This document shows, one piece after another, positions 63,601-64,000 of a stretch of 64,000 nucleotides of DNA. The translations under genes were made by a program, and so were the position numbers. The notes under the pieces were generated by a model that worked only from the letters and a program-made list of their open reading frames with translations, was not told the DNA's origin and did not search any database. The stretch spans positions 3,286,001 through 3,350,000 of the forward strand of contig NC_047077.1 in assembly GCF_902459465.1 (NCBI RefSeq). Direction: 5' to 3'. Every line of letters begins with the position of its first letter. Within the stretch, counting starts at the first letter, position 1. The stretch comes from Asterias rubens. Its lineage: Eukaryota.

Positions 63601-63853
63601 AACTGGCTGGAGGTAAGACAAAGCAAACCCCTGAATATTACTTTTTTTTTCAAACTCCTAAAAAGGAATCCAAAACAGACAATCAACCAAATAAAGTCCT
63701 GTTGTTATTTCCAGAGTCTTACCTTTTTGGGTTTATCTGGAATCTTCTTAGCCTTAACAGCGATAGGTTTCTTGGGTTGGACTGGTTTAGGCATCTTAGC
63801 ATTTCGGTTTTTCTTGACAGGTTTTGTGACTGGAGCAGGAGGCGCTTCTGGTT
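51679..63853 (-). CDS. Uncharacterised Pro/Lys-rich protein with EF-hand-like C-terminal region (3' part; gene starts beyond 64000)
   Basis: 13 phase-consistent GT-AG exons: 63723-63853, 62989-63221, 61568-61678, 60672-61056, 59450-59663, 58220-58353, 56873-56969, 55838-55965, 55121-55213, 54453-54538, 53851-53920, 52540-52659, 51679-51810 (TGA). C-terminus contains IDFKLFTVVAAL and FNREGKGTVDFLDFLTYTPLF. Confidence 0.85.
51850..51890 (-). ncRNA. Degenerate hammerhead-like motif, family C (U3:A8 core variant)
   Basis: Reverse complement: aacgcct-TTGAGAA-a-gactct gct agggtc-AAAAC-ATC-agatgtt; related motif at 54051-54087. Confidence 0.45.
52200..52400. repeat. Degenerate ~20-bp minisatellite (gacttaagacttcacccaa-like)
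   Basis: Repeated acttaagacttca-like units. Confidence 0.75.
53203..53742. mobile_element. hAT-like MITE, 8-bp TSD, inserted in the end of a TTAA MITE
   Basis: caggcccgcgag ... ctcgcaggcctg; TSD tcaaaggt (53195-53202, 53743-53750). Confidence 0.85.
56417..56750 (-). mobile_element. PLE pLTR-type repeat family A, copy 3, with internal duplication and a truncated hammerhead
   Basis: Retains ctagtc-GAAAC-GTT-gagac (reverse complement of 56729-56747); the 5' half of the ribozyme is absent. Confidence 0.65.
57306..57475 (+). mobile_element. tRNA-derived SINE with intact A/B boxes; a decayed second copy lies at ~57065-57240
   Basis: tagtctagttgg and GGTTCGAATCC (57362-57372), followed by a body shared with the upstream copy. 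Confidence 0.75.
58059..58175. mobile_element. MITE, CTG TSD (gggtggatttcac family)
   Basis: ctg|gggtggatttcacaaag ... gaatcgaccc|ctg. Confidence 0.75.
58860..59360 (-). mobile_element. PLE-type repeat family B with hammerhead-like motif (59319-59360), interrupted by a TTAA MITE (58917-59281)
   Basis: Flanks match the arms of 26073-26330. Reverse complement of the motif: CTGAAGA-c-aagcaa ataa ctgttc-GAAAC-GTC-aagac. Confidence 0.65.
59681..60000 (-). mobile_element. PLE pLTR-type repeat family A, copy 4, hammerhead at ~59955-60000
   Basis: Reverse complement: cagtctc-CTGACGA-t-gactag agcaag ctagtc-AAAAC-GTT-gagcc (G12 changed to A). Confidence 0.7.
62413..62640. mobile_element. Fold-back PLE-type element with a central degenerate hammerhead (62499-62540, minus)
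   Basis: Arms aaagtttgtggtaacaccatgtaatgaata..ttctgaaaa and its reverse complement; centre (reverse complement) CAGAAGA-c-gatcag agcata ctgatg-GAAAC-ATT. Confidence 0.55.
63484..63577. repeat. Short hairpin element (~27-bp arms)
   Basis: agctagccttttctcaaggccttcgtg ... cacgaaggccttgacaaaaggctaagct. Confidence 0.65.
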
Positions 63854-64000
63854 CTGTGGAGGAATCATGATCACAAAACATTGTTTTTTATCTGTTTTGT
63901 TCATTTGTTCCTATGTCTACTGTTTTATAGTTAATACATGTATTATTGTAATACAGGTTCACCCCTTGAGCCCAGCCTTGTGCTATTTCTACTGTTTACC

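Overview
Eukaryotic, AT-rich, intron-rich genomic DNA. It looks like a marine invertebrate deuterostome, possibly an echinoderm, but the taxon is inferred, not shown. Seven protein-coding genes could be reconstructed by hand from GT-AG sites and phase-compatible frames: (1) the 5' end of a Pumilio gene (minus, start 13040, running off towards position 1); (2) a complete 6-exon SDR16C/retinol-dehydrogenase-like gene (17092-21554, +); (3) a spliced gene for a SAP + SWIM zinc-finger protein resembling the N-terminal half of ISL2EU/Harbinger-type transposon accessory proteins, without the nuclease (26549-29759, -); (4) a divergent compact protein kinase with a very short activation segment (33046-35329, -); (5) a complete PDCL3/VIAF gene (36583-41258, +), head-to-head with the kinase; (6) a single-coding-exon SAM-methyltransferase-fold-like ORF (45019-46071, +); (7) the last 13 exons of an uncharacterised Pro/Lys-rich protein with an EF-hand-like C-terminus (51679-63853, -). 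Non-coding space is full of non-autonomous DNA transposons (TSDs of TTAA, CWG, AT, 6, 8 and 9 bp), tRNA-derived SINEs and tandem repeats. The most striking non-coding signal is about nine degenerate minimal hammerhead-ribozyme motifs of the Penelope-like-element type. They fall into three sequence families, two copies sit at the centre of fold-back elements, and many are broken at the two CpGs of the catalytic core. All coordinates were read by eye; repeat boundaries are approximate and nothing was database-checked.
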